Source: a virus (Duplodnaviria > Heunggongvirae > Uroviricota > Caudoviricetes). Taken from it: DNA of 63,025 nt. This document shows positions 39,985-50,732 of this stretch, one piece after another (within the stretch, counting starts at the first letter, position 1; the number at the start of each line of letters is the position of its first letter). Location of the stretch: the IMG/VR virus record IMGVR_UViG_3300031413_000001; one strand, written 5' to 3'. Made by a program: the position numbers and the translations under genes. Under the pieces are notes generated by a model, which was not told where the DNA came from, did not search any database, and worked only from the letters and a program-made list of their open reading frames with translations.

Positions 39985-42900
39985 TACCTGATCCTGAGAT
40001 TCGTTGGCGTATTTGCAGTGATAATGTCGATGTCACTTACCTGTGCTGTCGCGAAGAACAACTCATCTGGTGCACACCTAATTTCGCGCAAGTTACCAAA
40101 GTAACTGTTGTCGAGAACTGGGACAATTTCCACACTTGAAATTGCCGTTGCCAACTGCCTGTGAATAAAGGCACCCAGCTCAGAGAAGAAGAACGTCTCT
40201 CCAAAGTCCCAGTTACTTACCTCGAAGAAATTCCTGATTCCTTCGATAACGCGGCTCTTGATTTCACCATCGCTCATTGCCGTACCAGCCAGCTTGACAA
40301 TCTTAAACTTGGCCTGATATGCACTGGCCGCCGATTGTCCAAAGAGCTGCTTGAACTTCACGGGACGCCAAATGATCTCATCACTGAACATCTTGTATGC
40401 TTCCAAGTCGCTGAACGTGGTCTTCAAGTTCAACTCACTGGGAGCCTTGGGCATAATCGCAGGATCTGCACCTGCGTTGCGCCAGCTGATCATTGCATCG
40501 TTGTACTCACGAGTTAGAACAAAGATGTCGATGATGTTGGAGATCGCAGGATCAATCCTGTGACTGCTTGGTGCGAAATGCTTCCACTGATAGATCAGAT
40601 TGTTGACACCCTCACGAACCACAAACTGCTGATTTCCCACAGTGTAGGTTTGTGCAAAGTAGGAGACCGCAAGGTTGATTGCGATGCGGTCTGAGGAGTT
40701 CAACAAGGGGATCAAATGATCGGCCTGACCAATGTAGATGTCCACAACCCTCTGGGCACCTTCTTGGCGCTCAAAGTAGCCGTAATCGCCGGGAAGCAAC
40801 TGAGTTACAAAGCGATTGTTCTGCGTGTCCAGTTCCAGTCGAGTAACCAGACGCTCCACAGGATATCCCGACGTATCGTAGGTCTTCCAGTGAACGATCG
40901 CATTCTGTGCGGTGTCCAGATTCTTCAGTACCTTGTAGGTAAAGGGAACGTCTGGCTTACCATCACCGTTGCGATCATTGAAGCGGACCTTTACCTTGCC
41001 GGGCTCATGAAAGCCGTCTGCGTAGATAAATGGTGCTTCCAACTTGAAGATCAAGTCAGTGCTCAGGCTGATTGGGCTGGTGCCCTGATACAAGCGAACA
41101 CCCTTGAAGTTGTTGGGAGCCTTCAACACCGTTACGGTATCGCTGCCAGCACGGCCAGTCTGAGGATCAATGCTCTTGAACTCGTTGACGAAGAAGAACT
41201 TGCAATCCTTTTCACTCTCAAAGACGTAGTTGAGACCACGGGTTGTAATGCGCCAGAAGTCACTGGTGTACTCGCAGTGGATCAACCAGCTGTTGGGACC
41301 CTTTCCCGTTGCGGTCTCAATGCCATACTGGGCATCCAGATCGGGATTGATCTCGCTGGAGTTTAGAACGTACCAGCCCTCAGAAGTCCTGTTGTCAAAG
41401 CCCAGTGCAAAGGTACGATTCAAGTCCAAGTTGTCCTGCACCTGACGACGCACTTCGCTCTTGTTGGTGTACTCACTTGTGAACAAGTTGGTGATATCAA
41501 TGCGATCATCGGAGACCAGACGATACAAGAAGTTGCTGAAGAAGTCCCTGAGCGCAATGCTCTGAGCTGCCACAGCCAAATAGTTGTTCATCATCTCTTC
41601 CGTGCCGGCAACCGTGTGGGCTACTTCAACACTCTCAGAACTCTCATCAAGATAGAACGCACCATCGTCAGCAAACACCTGCGTGTTCTGATAGTTTCCC
41701 GTGGGATCGTTCAAGTCAATATAACGGCTCTGACCACTGTAGACGCGATTGACCGCCTTTAGCTTGACAGCAAGGTTGGTCTGAACTGGCAGCTCATTGT
41801 AATCACTGCCGCTGACCATGCGACCCTGCGTTCCATAGACGCGCGATGCACGACGACGAATCTCATTGCTGGACTCCGTGGGAACCGCATTGTTGACTGC
41901 TTCCTGGAGCGCAAAGGTCATCGTCAGACGCTTCTGCGTGTTGTTCCTTGCATAGAAGGGAACGTTAATCGAGATGCCCTGAACATCCTCTGGGCGGATG
42001 TTGATGTTCTGATTGGCAGACACTCGATACCAAACGCGCAAGTTGCCCACTGGGCTCTTACCAAAACGACCATCACCAAAGCGAAGGGCAATCTTGTCGT
42101 CTTCCTGCGTTACCACCTGATAGATGGTCTGAACGTCGCTGTCCACGCTGTTGTAGGTAACGTTCTCGGTTGTGAGGAGAACCTTTACGATATCATCGCT
42201 GGGAACGTGACCCACACGAGTCCATTCACCATCGGCCACAATGGAACCAAGATCATCAACGCTCTGAACCCACACATCCGTTTCATTGATGTTTGCAGTG
42301 TCGAGGTAGATTGTCCTGTTCTCAGTTGGCTCCGAGATACCAAAGTCTTCCTTCTGCAGAGTTCCCTGCTTGAAGTAAACAAAGAAGCCCGTGTTGGGTG
42401 AGCTGTTGCCGTTACCATCCGACCTGTAGATAAGGTGGAAGCTGGTGTTGGGATTGGGCGTCTGCTCCACAAAGCCGTATGTGGTGTTGAAGTCCGCATT
42501 CACTACGTCAAAGCTCAAGTTCTGATTGTTGACGCTGGTTGTGAATGGATAGTTTCCTGCGGTGTTTGCAACGTTGTCCACTCGATAAAGCTGAGTCTCG
42601 GCGTCCTCGAGACTTTCAGTCTTCAAGGGAACACCAAAGGGATTGGTTTCAATCAACGAAGCGTTGAGAACCAGCACCCACTGCTCAAACCAGTCGGCGT
42701 TGTTGGGATCATCCCAGCGGATTGCCACACTGTTGAGGTTTCGACCTGTGCTGTCATAGACATCATGCGTGGTACGAATCTCGGTTAGCTTTGCGAGCCC
42801 ACGTGCTGGATAGTTTCGCTTGGCATTGTAGCTGAGCGAGCGTGCAAGACGCAGGATGCTCTCACGACGACGTGCCACATCGAGAAAGTTCTCGCGTGCG

Positions 42901-43145
42901 TTGATATCCGTTCTAAATGCGAGACTCTGACCAAGGTATGCGAGCAGATCGATGAGCGCAACAAATTCCGAAGACTCAATCCAATCGTTGAAGTCCTCTG
43001 GGTAGTTGCGTCGAATGTACTCCACCATTGCCTGGCGAATGGTCGAGAAGTCAAAGGCGTTGAGGTTGACTTCCGTGAAGGCGCGATACGCTGCCAGCCA
43101 GTCATTACCAGCAAAGAGCTCCGATTGACGTTGACTCTGACTCAT
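39984..43145 (-). CDS. baseplate wedge subunit (T4 gp6-like)
   Basis: DF..IR...LIDLLAY...ENFLDVARRRESI, FGDGRFG, RMVSGSDY. Confidence 0.8.
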   Translation of the reverse strand: MSQSQRQSELFAGNDWLAAYRAFTEVNLNAFDFSTIRQAMVEYIRRNYPEDFNDWIESSEFVALIDLLAYLGQSLAFRTDINARENFLDVARRRESILRLARSLSYNAKRNYPARGLAKLTEIRTTHDVYDSTGRNLNSVAIRWDDPNNADWFEQWVLVLNASLIETNPFGVPLKTESLEDAETQLYRVDNVANTAGNYPFTTSVNNQNLSFDVVNADFNTTYGFVEQTPNPNTSFHLIYRSDGNGNSSPNTGFFVYFKQGTLQKEDFGISEPTENRTIYLDTANINETDVWVQSVDDLGSIVADGEWTRVGHVPSDDIVKVLLTTENVTYNSVDSDVQTIYQVVTQEDDKIALRFGDGRFGKSPVGNLRVWYRVSANQNINIRPEDVQGISINVPFYARNNTQKRLTMTFALQEAVNNAVPTESSNEIRRRASRVYGTQGRMVSGSDYNELPVQTNLAVKLKAVNRVYSGQSRYIDLNDPTGNYQNTQVFADDGAFYLDESSESVEVAHTVAGTEEMMNNYLAVAAQSIALRDFFSNFLYRLVSDDRIDITNLFTSEYTNKSEVRRQVQDNLDLNRTFALGFDNRTSEGWYVLNSSEINPDLDAQYGIETATGKGPNSWLIHCEYTSDFWRITTRGLNYVFESEKDCKFFFVNEFKSIDPQTGRAGSDTVTVLKAPNNFKGVRLYQGTSPISLSTDLIFKLEAPFIYADGFHEPGKVKVRFNDRNGDGKPDVPFTYKVLKNLDTAQNAIVHWKTYDTSGYPVERLVTRLELDTQNNRFVTQLLPGDYGYFERQEGAQRVVDIYIGQADHLIPLLNSSDRIAINLAVSYFAQTYTVGNQQFVVREGVNNLIYQWKHFAPSSHRIDPAISNIIDIFVLTREYNDAMISWRNAGADPAIMPKAPSELNLKTTFSDLEAYKMFSDEIIWRPVKFKQLFGQSAASAYQAKFKIVKLAGTAMSDGEIKSRVIEGIRNFFEVSNWDFGETFFFSELGAFIHRQLATAISSVEIVPVLDNSYFGNLREIRCAPDELFFATAQVSDIDIITANTPTNLRIR

Positions 43146-43147
43146 AG

Positions 43148-43531
43148 TTAGATCCTCTCGAGAGCGCGGCGATCAAACTCCAACGAGAATGTTCCCAGGC
43201 TATCCCAGGGTTCATACTTGAGTTCGATCGCAACTTTGATTCCGCGGGCACTGGTTGAAACATTGACACCCTGCAGGCTTACCCTGGGATCATGTCCAAC
43301 AACGCGCTTGACGTCATCGACGATTGCTGCCTGAATACCATCCGTGAAGGGCTCAAAAAGCAGATCCCAGATGCCGGTTCCATAAAGTGGAAGCATCAGG
43401 CGCTCACCCTTTCTGGTGTAGAATTCGTTCAGGAGGTCGCGCTTGATAAGCTGAACATCCGTGACTGACCAGCCCCGTTTGCCTTCCATCTCCTGCGTGC
43501 TGAATCCGATAAAAAGACTACGCTGCGCCAT
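43148..43531 (-). CDS. baseplate wedge subunit (gp25-like)
   Basis: TRKGERLMLPLYGT.IWDLLFEP, DPRV. Confidence 0.8.
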   Translation of the reverse strand: MAQRSLFIGFSTQEMEGKRGWSVTDVQLIKRDLLNEFYTRKGERLMLPLYGTGIWDLLFEPFTDGIQAAIVDDVKRVVGHDPRVSLQGVNVSTSARGIKVAIELKYEPWDSLGTFSLEFDRRALERI

Positions 43532-43628
43532 ACCGCCCTCCAATGTATGTATATTTACCGTCCTATAAACCACGTGGTTAATGGGCAGGATATTGACAGA
43601 ATGGGCACTGGTGCTACATTGTAGAGGA

Positions 43629-43880
43629 ATGGAAAAGCCAGAAGAAGGTGATCCTGTTGAGGCTAAGGCCTTGGCGGATCGTGCCAAGTTTGAGAGCATC
43701 ACGAAGGTGACGACTAAACCACTGATTACCAAAGGTAGTCGGGGGCGCAGGACTCTAAACGTTCCTGATCTCAAGAGTCCAGATGAGCACAACCCCAAAT
43801 GGGTGGTGGATCCTGAGGACATTATTGCTGCTCGCAAGGCAGCAAGAAAGGCAAAGCGCGATCCCAACTCTCAAGCCTAA
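43629..43880 (+). CDS. basic hypothetical protein
   Basis: TTGACA promoter, GAGG SD. Confidence 0.55.
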   Translation: MEKPEEGDPVEAKALADRAKFESITKVTTKPLITKGSRGRRTLNVPDLKSPDEHNPKWVVDPEDIIAARKAARKAKRDPNSQA

Positions 43881-43911
43881 GATCCAGACAGCTGGACGGA
43901 AAGGTGAGCAA

Positions 43912-44517
43912 ATGGGCAGCAAGCGTGAAATCTATTGCATGACCGATGTTGAGGCCGACGGCAAGTGCCCAGGTCTCTCCAGTATGCTCAGCTTTGCCAC
44001 TGCGGCTTTTGATGTAGAAAAGAACCTCGTTGGTACGTTTGAGGCAAACCTCGAACTACTCGAAGGTGCTGAACCGCACCCAGAGACAATGGCGTTCTGG
44101 AATGAAAGTGATGCCAACAAGGCCGCTTACGAAGTAACTCGCGTAAACGTCCAACATCCTGCAGAAGCCATGAAGGCCTATGAGGAATGGCTCAAGACCC
44201 TACCCGGACAGCCCATTTTTGTGGGCTACCCGGCAGTCTACGATTTCAAGTGGATTGATTACTATTGCGTGAAGTTTCTTGGCAACAATCCCTACAGCTT
44301 TAGTAGGGCCGTTGACGTCAAGAGCTACGCATGGGCAATACTGGGACGGCACTTTCAGTCGTGCAGCAAACGCACAATGCCAAAGCATTGGTTCGATGAT
44401 CTGCCACATACCCATGTGGCAATCGACGATGCCATTGAGCAAGGCGCCATGTTTATCAACATGATGCGCGATCAGCGCGGAATGGATCCCATCAAGGGCA
44501 TTCCAAACCGAGCATGA
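43912..44517 (+). CDS. DEDDh 3'-5' exonuclease
   Basis: DVEADG, YD, H.AIDDA. Confidence 0.8.
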   Translation: MGSKREIYCMTDVEADGKCPGLSSMLSFATAAFDVEKNLVGTFEANLELLEGAEPHPETMAFWNESDANKAAYEVTRVNVQHPAEAMKAYEEWLKTLPGQPIFVGYPAVYDFKWIDYYCVKFLGNNPYSFSRAVDVKSYAWAILGRHFQSCSKRTMPKHWFDDLPHTHVAIDDAIEQGAMFINMMRDQRGMDPIKGIPNRA

Positions 44518-44518
44518 C

Positions 44519-44545
44519 AAAGGGGGACCAACGTGTCCCCCTTTA
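44519..44545. terminator. bidirectional terminator
   Basis: AAAGGGGGAC...GTCCCCTTT between convergent genes. Confidence 0.6.
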
Positions 44546-46393
44546 TTATTTCTGAGCACCCGCTTTGTTCTGTCCACCCATGTGGAATGGAACCACCTGA
44601 GCAGGGTTCACAGGCGTACCTCCCTTTCTGATCTCAAAGTGCAAGTGGCTACCGGTTGAAACACCAGTGTTGCCCATTCGGCCAATGGCCTGCATCTGCT
44701 TGACATCCGCTCCCTTGGCCACACCAATCTGACTCAAGTGACCATAACGTGAGGTCATGCCATTTCCATGATCGATGATGATGATGTTTCCGTAACCGCG
44801 TTGCTGACCAGCGAATGTTACCTTGCCACCCTTGGTTGCATAGATGGGCGTTCCCGTGGGTGCCGCAATATCAACGCCCTGGTGCATCTTACGCTTGCCA
44901 GTAACGGGATGGGTCCTGAAGCCAAACGGTGAAGTTCCCCTGCCGCTTGTTGGCATGCAGAACTTGGTTCCATCATCGGGAACAATCACTGGTGGACTCT
45001 CATCCACTTCATTTCCTGTACCCACATTTTCAACGCCACTGCTATTCTCGCCCGATGGCATCGAGACAGCGCCACTCTTGGTACCTGGGTGACCGTCCCA
45101 AGGTTCATGAGCGGGCATCCTGCTGGTGATGCTCTTGGTTGTGATCTGAGGATAGTTGGAAGCCTGATCGAGATCACGATCTCCCTGATCTCCCGGCTTG
45201 GGACCCTTTGCTTCCTTGGCCGCTGTTGCCTTGGGCCCACTTCCACCGTTGCTTTGAACTTGCGCGCCCTTCAAGACCACATTGCCACCTGCGGTGACGC
45301 CCAGTGCTCCGCCTGACTGCAAGGCAAGTGTTCCAGTGCCCTTGATGCTTGCGTTGCCGCTTGCAGTCATGTTGGCGTTGGATTTGCTCAGGAGGTTTAG
45401 ATCGCTGGCAGAACTCATGTTCAGCGCACCACCAGCGAGAACGTTGAAGTCCGCTCCCGACTGAATGGAGCCACCACCAGCACCATAGGCATTCCAGCCC
45501 TTGTTGGCATGGAGGTTGATGTTTCCATCCGCGTGCATGTTGATATCACCGTTGCTTCGAAAGCTCACGCTCTTGGCTGAATAGCCGTCAATACCTTCGT
45601 CGCTGATTTCAAACCAACTGTTGCCATTTCCACTGATCATGTAAACATAGCCCGTGGCGTCGTTGATCAAAATCTGCGCGCCGCTCTTGGTACGAAAGCG
45701 GATAAAGCCCTCATCACCATCATCAAAGACCATGTTGTGGCCTTCTGGACTCTTGAAGCCATAGACCTTACTGACTGGAGCACGTCGAGCACCAGCATCC
45801 GTGGGTCCACGAACACTATCGGTGTACAGACCCTGTGCGGCCAAGCCCTCATGAAGAGGTTCAAAGCGTGCGCGGGTGTGGTTGTCACTGTTGGGAACAT
45901 TAGGGTCCCAGCGGTTGTACTCGGCGACCGGAGGATCATTTCCTTCCACGCCATCGGTGTAGCTTTTGTCACTGGGAACGCCGGGAACCATGTGGTTCAT
46001 AAACTGCTGGTAGAGTCCACCAATGTAGATTCCCTGATTGGGATCGCCATTGAGAAACATAACGACCACTTCGTTATCAAGATCCGGTGGAACTGCCCAC
46101 CAGCCATATGACTGCTGGGTGTCGGACAGCTTTTGTCCCTGCTTGGTGTTGCTCTTCACGGACGTTGCGCCGGCGAATGGGCTGCAATACTGAACAGTGA
46201 ACCAAGCAGTCTCATCGTTTTCATTGCTGGAAAACTCGGGGATCCAAACTTGGAGGCGACCCATTGAAAAAGCGTCCTCGTTGTTCTTCACAAAGCCCCT
46301 GTAGACTTGGTTGAACAGCGCAACGCGACCACCGGGATCCTGATGGTAGCCCTTGGGCGTGCGAAAGCTGCGACGAAAGCTCTGATTGGGCAT
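44546..46393 (-). CDS. baseplate hub/spike (gp5-like) with C-terminal M23 peptidase
   Basis: GRLQVWIP OB fold, beta-helix repeats, HEPW, HQGVD and HLH. Confidence 0.8.
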   Translation of the reverse strand: MPNQSFRRSFRTPKGYHQDPGGRVALFNQVYRGFVKNNEDAFSMGRLQVWIPEFSSNENDETAWFTVQYCSPFAGATSVKSNTKQGQKLSDTQQSYGWWAVPPDLDNEVVVMFLNGDPNQGIYIGGLYQQFMNHMVPGVPSDKSYTDGVEGNDPPVAEYNRWDPNVPNSDNHTRARFEPLHEGLAAQGLYTDSVRGPTDAGARRAPVSKVYGFKSPEGHNMVFDDGDEGFIRFRTKSGAQILINDATGYVYMISGNGNSWFEISDEGIDGYSAKSVSFRSNGDINMHADGNINLHANKGWNAYGAGGGSIQSGADFNVLAGGALNMSSASDLNLLSKSNANMTASGNASIKGTGTLALQSGGALGVTAGGNVVLKGAQVQSNGGSGPKATAAKEAKGPKPGDQGDRDLDQASNYPQITTKSITSRMPAHEPWDGHPGTKSGAVSMPSGENSSGVENVGTGNEVDESPPVIVPDDGTKFCMPTSGRGTSPFGFRTHPVTGKRKMHQGVDIAAPTGTPIYATKGGKVTFAGQQRGYGNIIIIDHGNGMTSRYGHLSQIGVAKGADVKQMQAIGRMGNTGVSTGSHLHFEIRKGGTPVNPAQVVPFHMGGQNKAGAQK

Positions 46394-46397
46394 TAGC

Positions 46398-49250
46398 TTA
46401 CCTCTTCATAAATCTATGGTTGCCAATAACCGTAGTTTGAGTATATACGTTCGCCCAACTGGGGGTTACTTTGGCCGGAGCATAATAGTCCGTTGCACCA
46501 CCAGTAATGTCCTTGGAAGTACCATCAAGAATGCCACCGGCAATCTGGTAAGCCTGATTGTAAATGGGCGTTCCCTCACGACGACTAAGCGACCGAGGGA
46601 TGGAACCCTGTGCATTCCAAGCACTGAACTGTTTGGGACTTGTGATAACCTGACTGACAGTGTTGCCTCGAATACCATAACGTGCGCGATTGGCAATAAC
46701 GTTGCCAACTGCCTGCATTCCCTTGGCACCCTCGCCGCCTGCTTCCTCAACCAGCGTGAGTGCGAGAAGCTGACGCTCATTGACACTTCCGTTGGAGATG
46801 GTGCTGTTCTTGACCGTGCTGTTGTTTCCGGTCATGTTTCCACCACCAGTGTTGGAACCTGGAGTGATTGCTGGCTTGTCAGGACCCTTGGAGTTATTGT
46901 AGATCGTGCTGTCGTTGAGTGGATTCTCACGTCCCTCGATGATGTTCTCATAGGACCATCCGGGGATACGAGTTGCCTTCAGCGTCTGTGTAAAGCGACC
47001 TTCTTGGAACTTGTGGTTGACTTCAGTGGTTGCATAGAAGCCCGTGAAGATGTTGCTGAGAGTTCCAACCTTCTGACTGTCGGCTTGATCACCCACACCT
47101 GCTTTGGCTCCTGCATCAGTTCCGGCCTGTGGTCCGGTTGTCACAGCAACAGTTCCTGTTTTGGCATCATAACCCAAAGGCAGCTTGAAACGGAACAAGA
47201 ACATGTGTTCGCCGTTCATGAAGTTGGGGCAGGTATCAGTGCTTGGTGCATCAAAGGGAAGACCCTTGTCACCAGGTCCAAGCCAATAGGGATCGCCGCG
47301 AATGTCAAGTTCAATCGACTGCAGGTTTCCATCAATGGTACCGTAGAGCTGATTCAAGAGTGAGCCATAGACCGTCTTATTAGGGTCATTGTCATTGGCC
47401 GTTCCCGTGCTGGTTCGAAGACCGGGATTGTTGGAATCCTGCACGATGGTGATCGGCAGATAGCTGGCACCCTTTTGCTCTGCACCCTGATACTGCGTCT
47501 TTTGCGCGTTCTCGTGAACAAGATCCTCACCTTCACCACGACCAATTTGTGGCAGGGGATTACGTGCCAGCTGAGCAGCGCGTTCCTTGGCCATCTCAGC
47601 ATTGAGCGTGTCAGTTTTCTTGCCTAGAACGGTGGAAATATCCTCACGTTCCTTCTTTAGAACTGCCAAGCGGGCCGCTGCATCTTCTTTGGCTTTGGTA
47701 CGCTCTGCACTTGGTGGAGTGTTGGGATCAGAGGATTCCTGATTTAGATCATCCAGCTTTTTCTGTGCATCATTGAACTCATTGTTCTTGTTGTTCAAAT
47801 CGGCCTGAAGTGTCTGGACGTTCTTGCTCAAGTCAACCTGTGCGGGTGTTCCCGTGTTGGTATTCTGACCCTGGAACATGGGAACCTGAACAGCCCAGTT
47901 GAAGTTGACATTGATATCAAACCTCTCAACTTCGGTGTTCAAACCAGTAAAGATGTAGTCGTATTGCTTCTTCAAGAATGCCTTTTGATGAGCAAAGTTT
48001 GCCTTGTTTTGATTGAGCGTCTTTTCCTTGTCAAACTTCATTGCTCGACCCATCGAGGTCAAGAGACGGAGGCTTGCATAGGGCTTGATAATGTAGGTGA
48101 TCTTCTTGGAGTAATCACCAGCCGCGTAATCGTAGTCTAGGTATTCCACCTTGGTGTCAATGCGATGCAAGATGCTGACCACATCGCGCACCTCATTTTC
48201 GTCATCATTGCCAGATGCTGGTGGTAGCTCACGACTGATACGTGCCATCTTCACAGCCGTTTCACTTCGAGCCATCGTCATATCCACAATAGCTGGAAAG
48301 TCCGTACCAGGACTGAAGTGTCCCGTCTGACTGTCATAGGCTTTGTTGGTTGTCTGATTTCCAACAGTTGGTGTGCTGTTGGTAATGGGGTGATCGAATG
48401 GATTGCTGACACCAACCTTGGTATCGTAGGGGTATGGAAGCTGCTCAACGGCAAACTCCACAAGTGGCTTGCTGGATGCACCATACCTGTACTTTACCGA
48501 CTCATTCATACCCTTGATAACACTCTGCAGAACTTCACCAACAGTGGTGCCAGTTGCCTGTGAGGGCTGTGCCAGCATACAATACTGATCGTTGAGTGCC
48601 TGCTCGGAAATGGGCATGGCCGTGATGGTGTGCATGGATCCGTTTTCACTGATTGTGCTCGCCACATCAATCAGCGTAAGGGACCAATCCCATCCAGCAC
48701 CAATCTGAACAACATTGCCTTCTTCGTCGTATCCACGAAGCTTTAGCTTCAAAAACCAGGGAGCCTTGAGGTAGTTTCGGATGCCCTTGGACACCGCTGC
48801 CTGATACAACAGATCGGGCAACTGGGCGCCATAGGGTTCATAGATGCGGATCGTTACATTGGTGGTCATCGCATTCTTGGTGCGGATGTTGGGACCAACC
48901 ACTGCATCAATGTTGACTTCCTGAATGTTCATGCCAGTCAGGCCAGTCTCAGCAATCACGAACTCAGTTCCTGGACCTCTCTCGCTGGGCAACTCACCAT
49001 CGAGAAAGAAGGAAAAGTGATAGCTGGGCTGAAACACATCGCCCATTGGGTTGGGTTGTGGTTTGAAACCAATTCCCTTTAGGAATCCCTCACCAGTGTT
49101 GGTTCCGTCTTGGATGTTGCCAGGGTCCTTGTTGTTTACAGGGCTGACATTGGTTGGACGGCCATTGCTCTCACGAACACCGCCTTCTTTGAGGTCCTTT
49201 AGTAGATCGTCATCAAGTGTCAGCTTGGGAATAATGGGGTTCTTTGCCAA
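46398..49250 (-). CDS. tail/baseplate hub protein with C-terminal cell wall hydrolase (SleB/Hydrolase_2)
   Basis: IRGDPYWL; EAGGE..GMQAVGNVIANR, QFSAWN, IGNHRF; TTG start. Confidence 0.75.
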   Translation of the reverse strand: MAKNPIIPKLTLDDDLLKDLKEGGVRESNGRPTNVSPVNNKDPGNIQDGTNTGEGFLKGIGFKPQPNPMGDVFQPSYHFSFFLDGELPSERGPGTEFVIAETGLTGMNIQEVNIDAVVGPNIRTKNAMTTNVTIRIYEPYGAQLPDLLYQAAVSKGIRNYLKAPWFLKLKLRGYDEEGNVVQIGAGWDWSLTLIDVASTISENGSMHTITAMPISEQALNDQYCMLAQPSQATGTTVGEVLQSVIKGMNESVKYRYGASSKPLVEFAVEQLPYPYDTKVGVSNPFDHPITNSTPTVGNQTTNKAYDSQTGHFSPGTDFPAIVDMTMARSETAVKMARISRELPPASGNDDENEVRDVVSILHRIDTKVEYLDYDYAAGDYSKKITYIIKPYASLRLLTSMGRAMKFDKEKTLNQNKANFAHQKAFLKKQYDYIFTGLNTEVERFDINVNFNWAVQVPMFQGQNTNTGTPAQVDLSKNVQTLQADLNNKNNEFNDAQKKLDDLNQESSDPNTPPSAERTKAKEDAAARLAVLKKEREDISTVLGKKTDTLNAEMAKERAAQLARNPLPQIGRGEGEDLVHENAQKTQYQGAEQKGASYLPITIVQDSNNPGLRTSTGTANDNDPNKTVYGSLLNQLYGTIDGNLQSIELDIRGDPYWLGPGDKGLPFDAPSTDTCPNFMNGEHMFLFRFKLPLGYDAKTGTVAVTTGPQAGTDAGAKAGVGDQADSQKVGTLSNIFTGFYATTEVNHKFQEGRFTQTLKATRIPGWSYENIIEGRENPLNDSTIYNNSKGPDKPAITPGSNTGGGNMTGNNSTVKNSTISNGSVNERQLLALTLVEEAGGEGAKGMQAVGNVIANRARYGIRGNTVSQVITSPKQFSAWNAQGSIPRSLSRREGTPIYNQAYQIAGGILDGTSKDITGGATDYYAPAKVTPSWANVYTQTTVIGNHRFMKR

Positions 49251-49251
49251 G

Positions 49252-49557
49252 TTAGCCTCCCAGGATCTGAGTCAAGCGATTTACCGTTGGCGTAAAGATC
49301 ACCATGCCGGGCTTGAAATCATAGATTGGATCCTTGATCTTGTCGGGATTGACCACCATGAAGACCCACCAATAGTTGGGAGTTCCATAGAGATCATAGG
49401 ACAAGAGATCAGGACGATTCTCATAACGTGACTCAAGGATCTTGATCTGATCGCTGCCATCGCGGGGAATATCCCGATAGGTCATGTTACTCAGAAACCA
49501 ACTGGTCTGCTGGGTGGCAGAGTAGGGGCTACTGTTCTTGTAATCAACTTTTGCCAT
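49252..49557 (-). CDS. baseplate wedge subunit (gp53-like)
   Basis: RPDLLSYDLYG...WWVF..N. Confidence 0.75.
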   Translation of the reverse strand: MAKVDYKNSSPYSATQQTSWFLSNMTYRDIPRDGSDQIKILESRYENRPDLLSYDLYGTPNYWWVFMVVNPDKIKDPIYDFKPGMVIFTPTVNRLTQILGG

Positions 49558-50732
49558 TAGATCCAACCCTTTATGTTACCAGCACCACCGCTCATCATTT
49601 TACCAGAAGCAAAATCATTGAGGTTGAACTCCGTTCTCTGCATCTTGGGAGTCTGCTGAACCACGCACGTAAGGCTGAATGTGGTCAAGCTGGGAACCCA
49701 CGCGATGCTGTCACCGATCGTAACTTCCAAGTAGTCAACGTTGTTGGGCATTGCCATCGAAAAGTCTGTCAAGATCACATTCAAGTCGTTGAAGATGAAC
49801 TCGCCATAACCGCTGAGAACCAGCATGGGTGGTGGAAGACCTGCATCGGGATCGTTCTCACCAAAGTGCATCTTGGTTGCGCTCCGGAAAAAGTGCATGG
49901 CCGCAAGTGTGTACTTGGCCTCTGCAAGATTCTGAGCCGTGAACTGACCTTCCAGCTGGATCTGAACCGCTGGCGTATTGTTGTAGGTGTGATAGCTGGT
50001 GTTGGCATGCGTGGGTGCCATTTCGCTATAGACAGCTTTGTGAAGATAGGTAACCGTTGGAGTGTAGGGAAAGAACACGCCATTGGTTTCATTCAGCTGA
50101 TAGAGAACACTGGTTTCATCACCATAAAAGGGGAAGAGACCATTGTCACCGCGTAGCTTGGGGCGGATGCGGACACGATTGTCCGTCTTACGACCAGTGA
50201 CCACAATATCTTCAGGCTCGGCTGAGAGATCGGGAAGAGAAGTTCCCAGACCATCGAGATCGATCGCAGTTGCTGAGACTGGCAAGTCAGCATTCAGGAG
50301 ATCATCAGAGACCGTTAGGTTGCTGCTTTCATTAGTTGCAACTTCCTCGAGGTTGTTTCGAGCAAGTTCCCAACTGTACTGACTGGACATCGCAGCCTGC
50401 TTTTGCGCCAGATAACTTTCACTGGACGTGTCATTGACCGACCAATGCTGGCTGAGCAGATTCATCTGCGTGGTGTAATTCTTATCAGCGGCTTCCAGCT
50501 GCTTTTTGCTGACCTGTGTTCGCTTGGTGTTGGGTAGAATGGTCGTGGTGCTCAGAAGGGCAGCGTTGCCCATTCCGCCTGCGGTTCCACTTCCCAACGA
50601 ACCATAGGCAAAGTCGCCGGCTGCGATTGCCTCGGCGTTGACACTGGTGGCTGATTTGCCACCGCTACCACTCTTTACTGGAGCGTTAGCTGCCTTGGGT
50701 GTGGAGTCTATTCCGGGATTGGTAGCCATCAT
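49557..50732 (-). CDS. tail/baseplate protein (tube initiator-like)
   Basis: FPYTP, PPP.LVLSGYG; tail context. Confidence 0.55.
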   Translation of the reverse strand: MMATNPGIDSTPKAANAPVKSGSGGKSATSVNAEAIAAGDFAYGSLGSGTAGGMGNAALLSTTTILPNTKRTQVSKKQLEAADKNYTTQMNLLSQHWSVNDTSSESYLAQKQAAMSSQYSWELARNNLEEVATNESSNLTVSDDLLNADLPVSATAIDLDGLGTSLPDLSAEPEDIVVTGRKTDNRVRIRPKLRGDNGLFPFYGDETSVLYQLNETNGVFFPYTPTVTYLHKAVYSEMAPTHANTSYHTYNNTPAVQIQLEGQFTAQNLAEAKYTLAAMHFFRSATKMHFGENDPDAGLPPPMLVLSGYGEFIFNDLNVILTDFSMAMPNNVDYLEVTIGDSIAWVPSLTTFSLTCVVQQTPKMQRTEFNLNDFASGKMMSGGAGNIKGWI

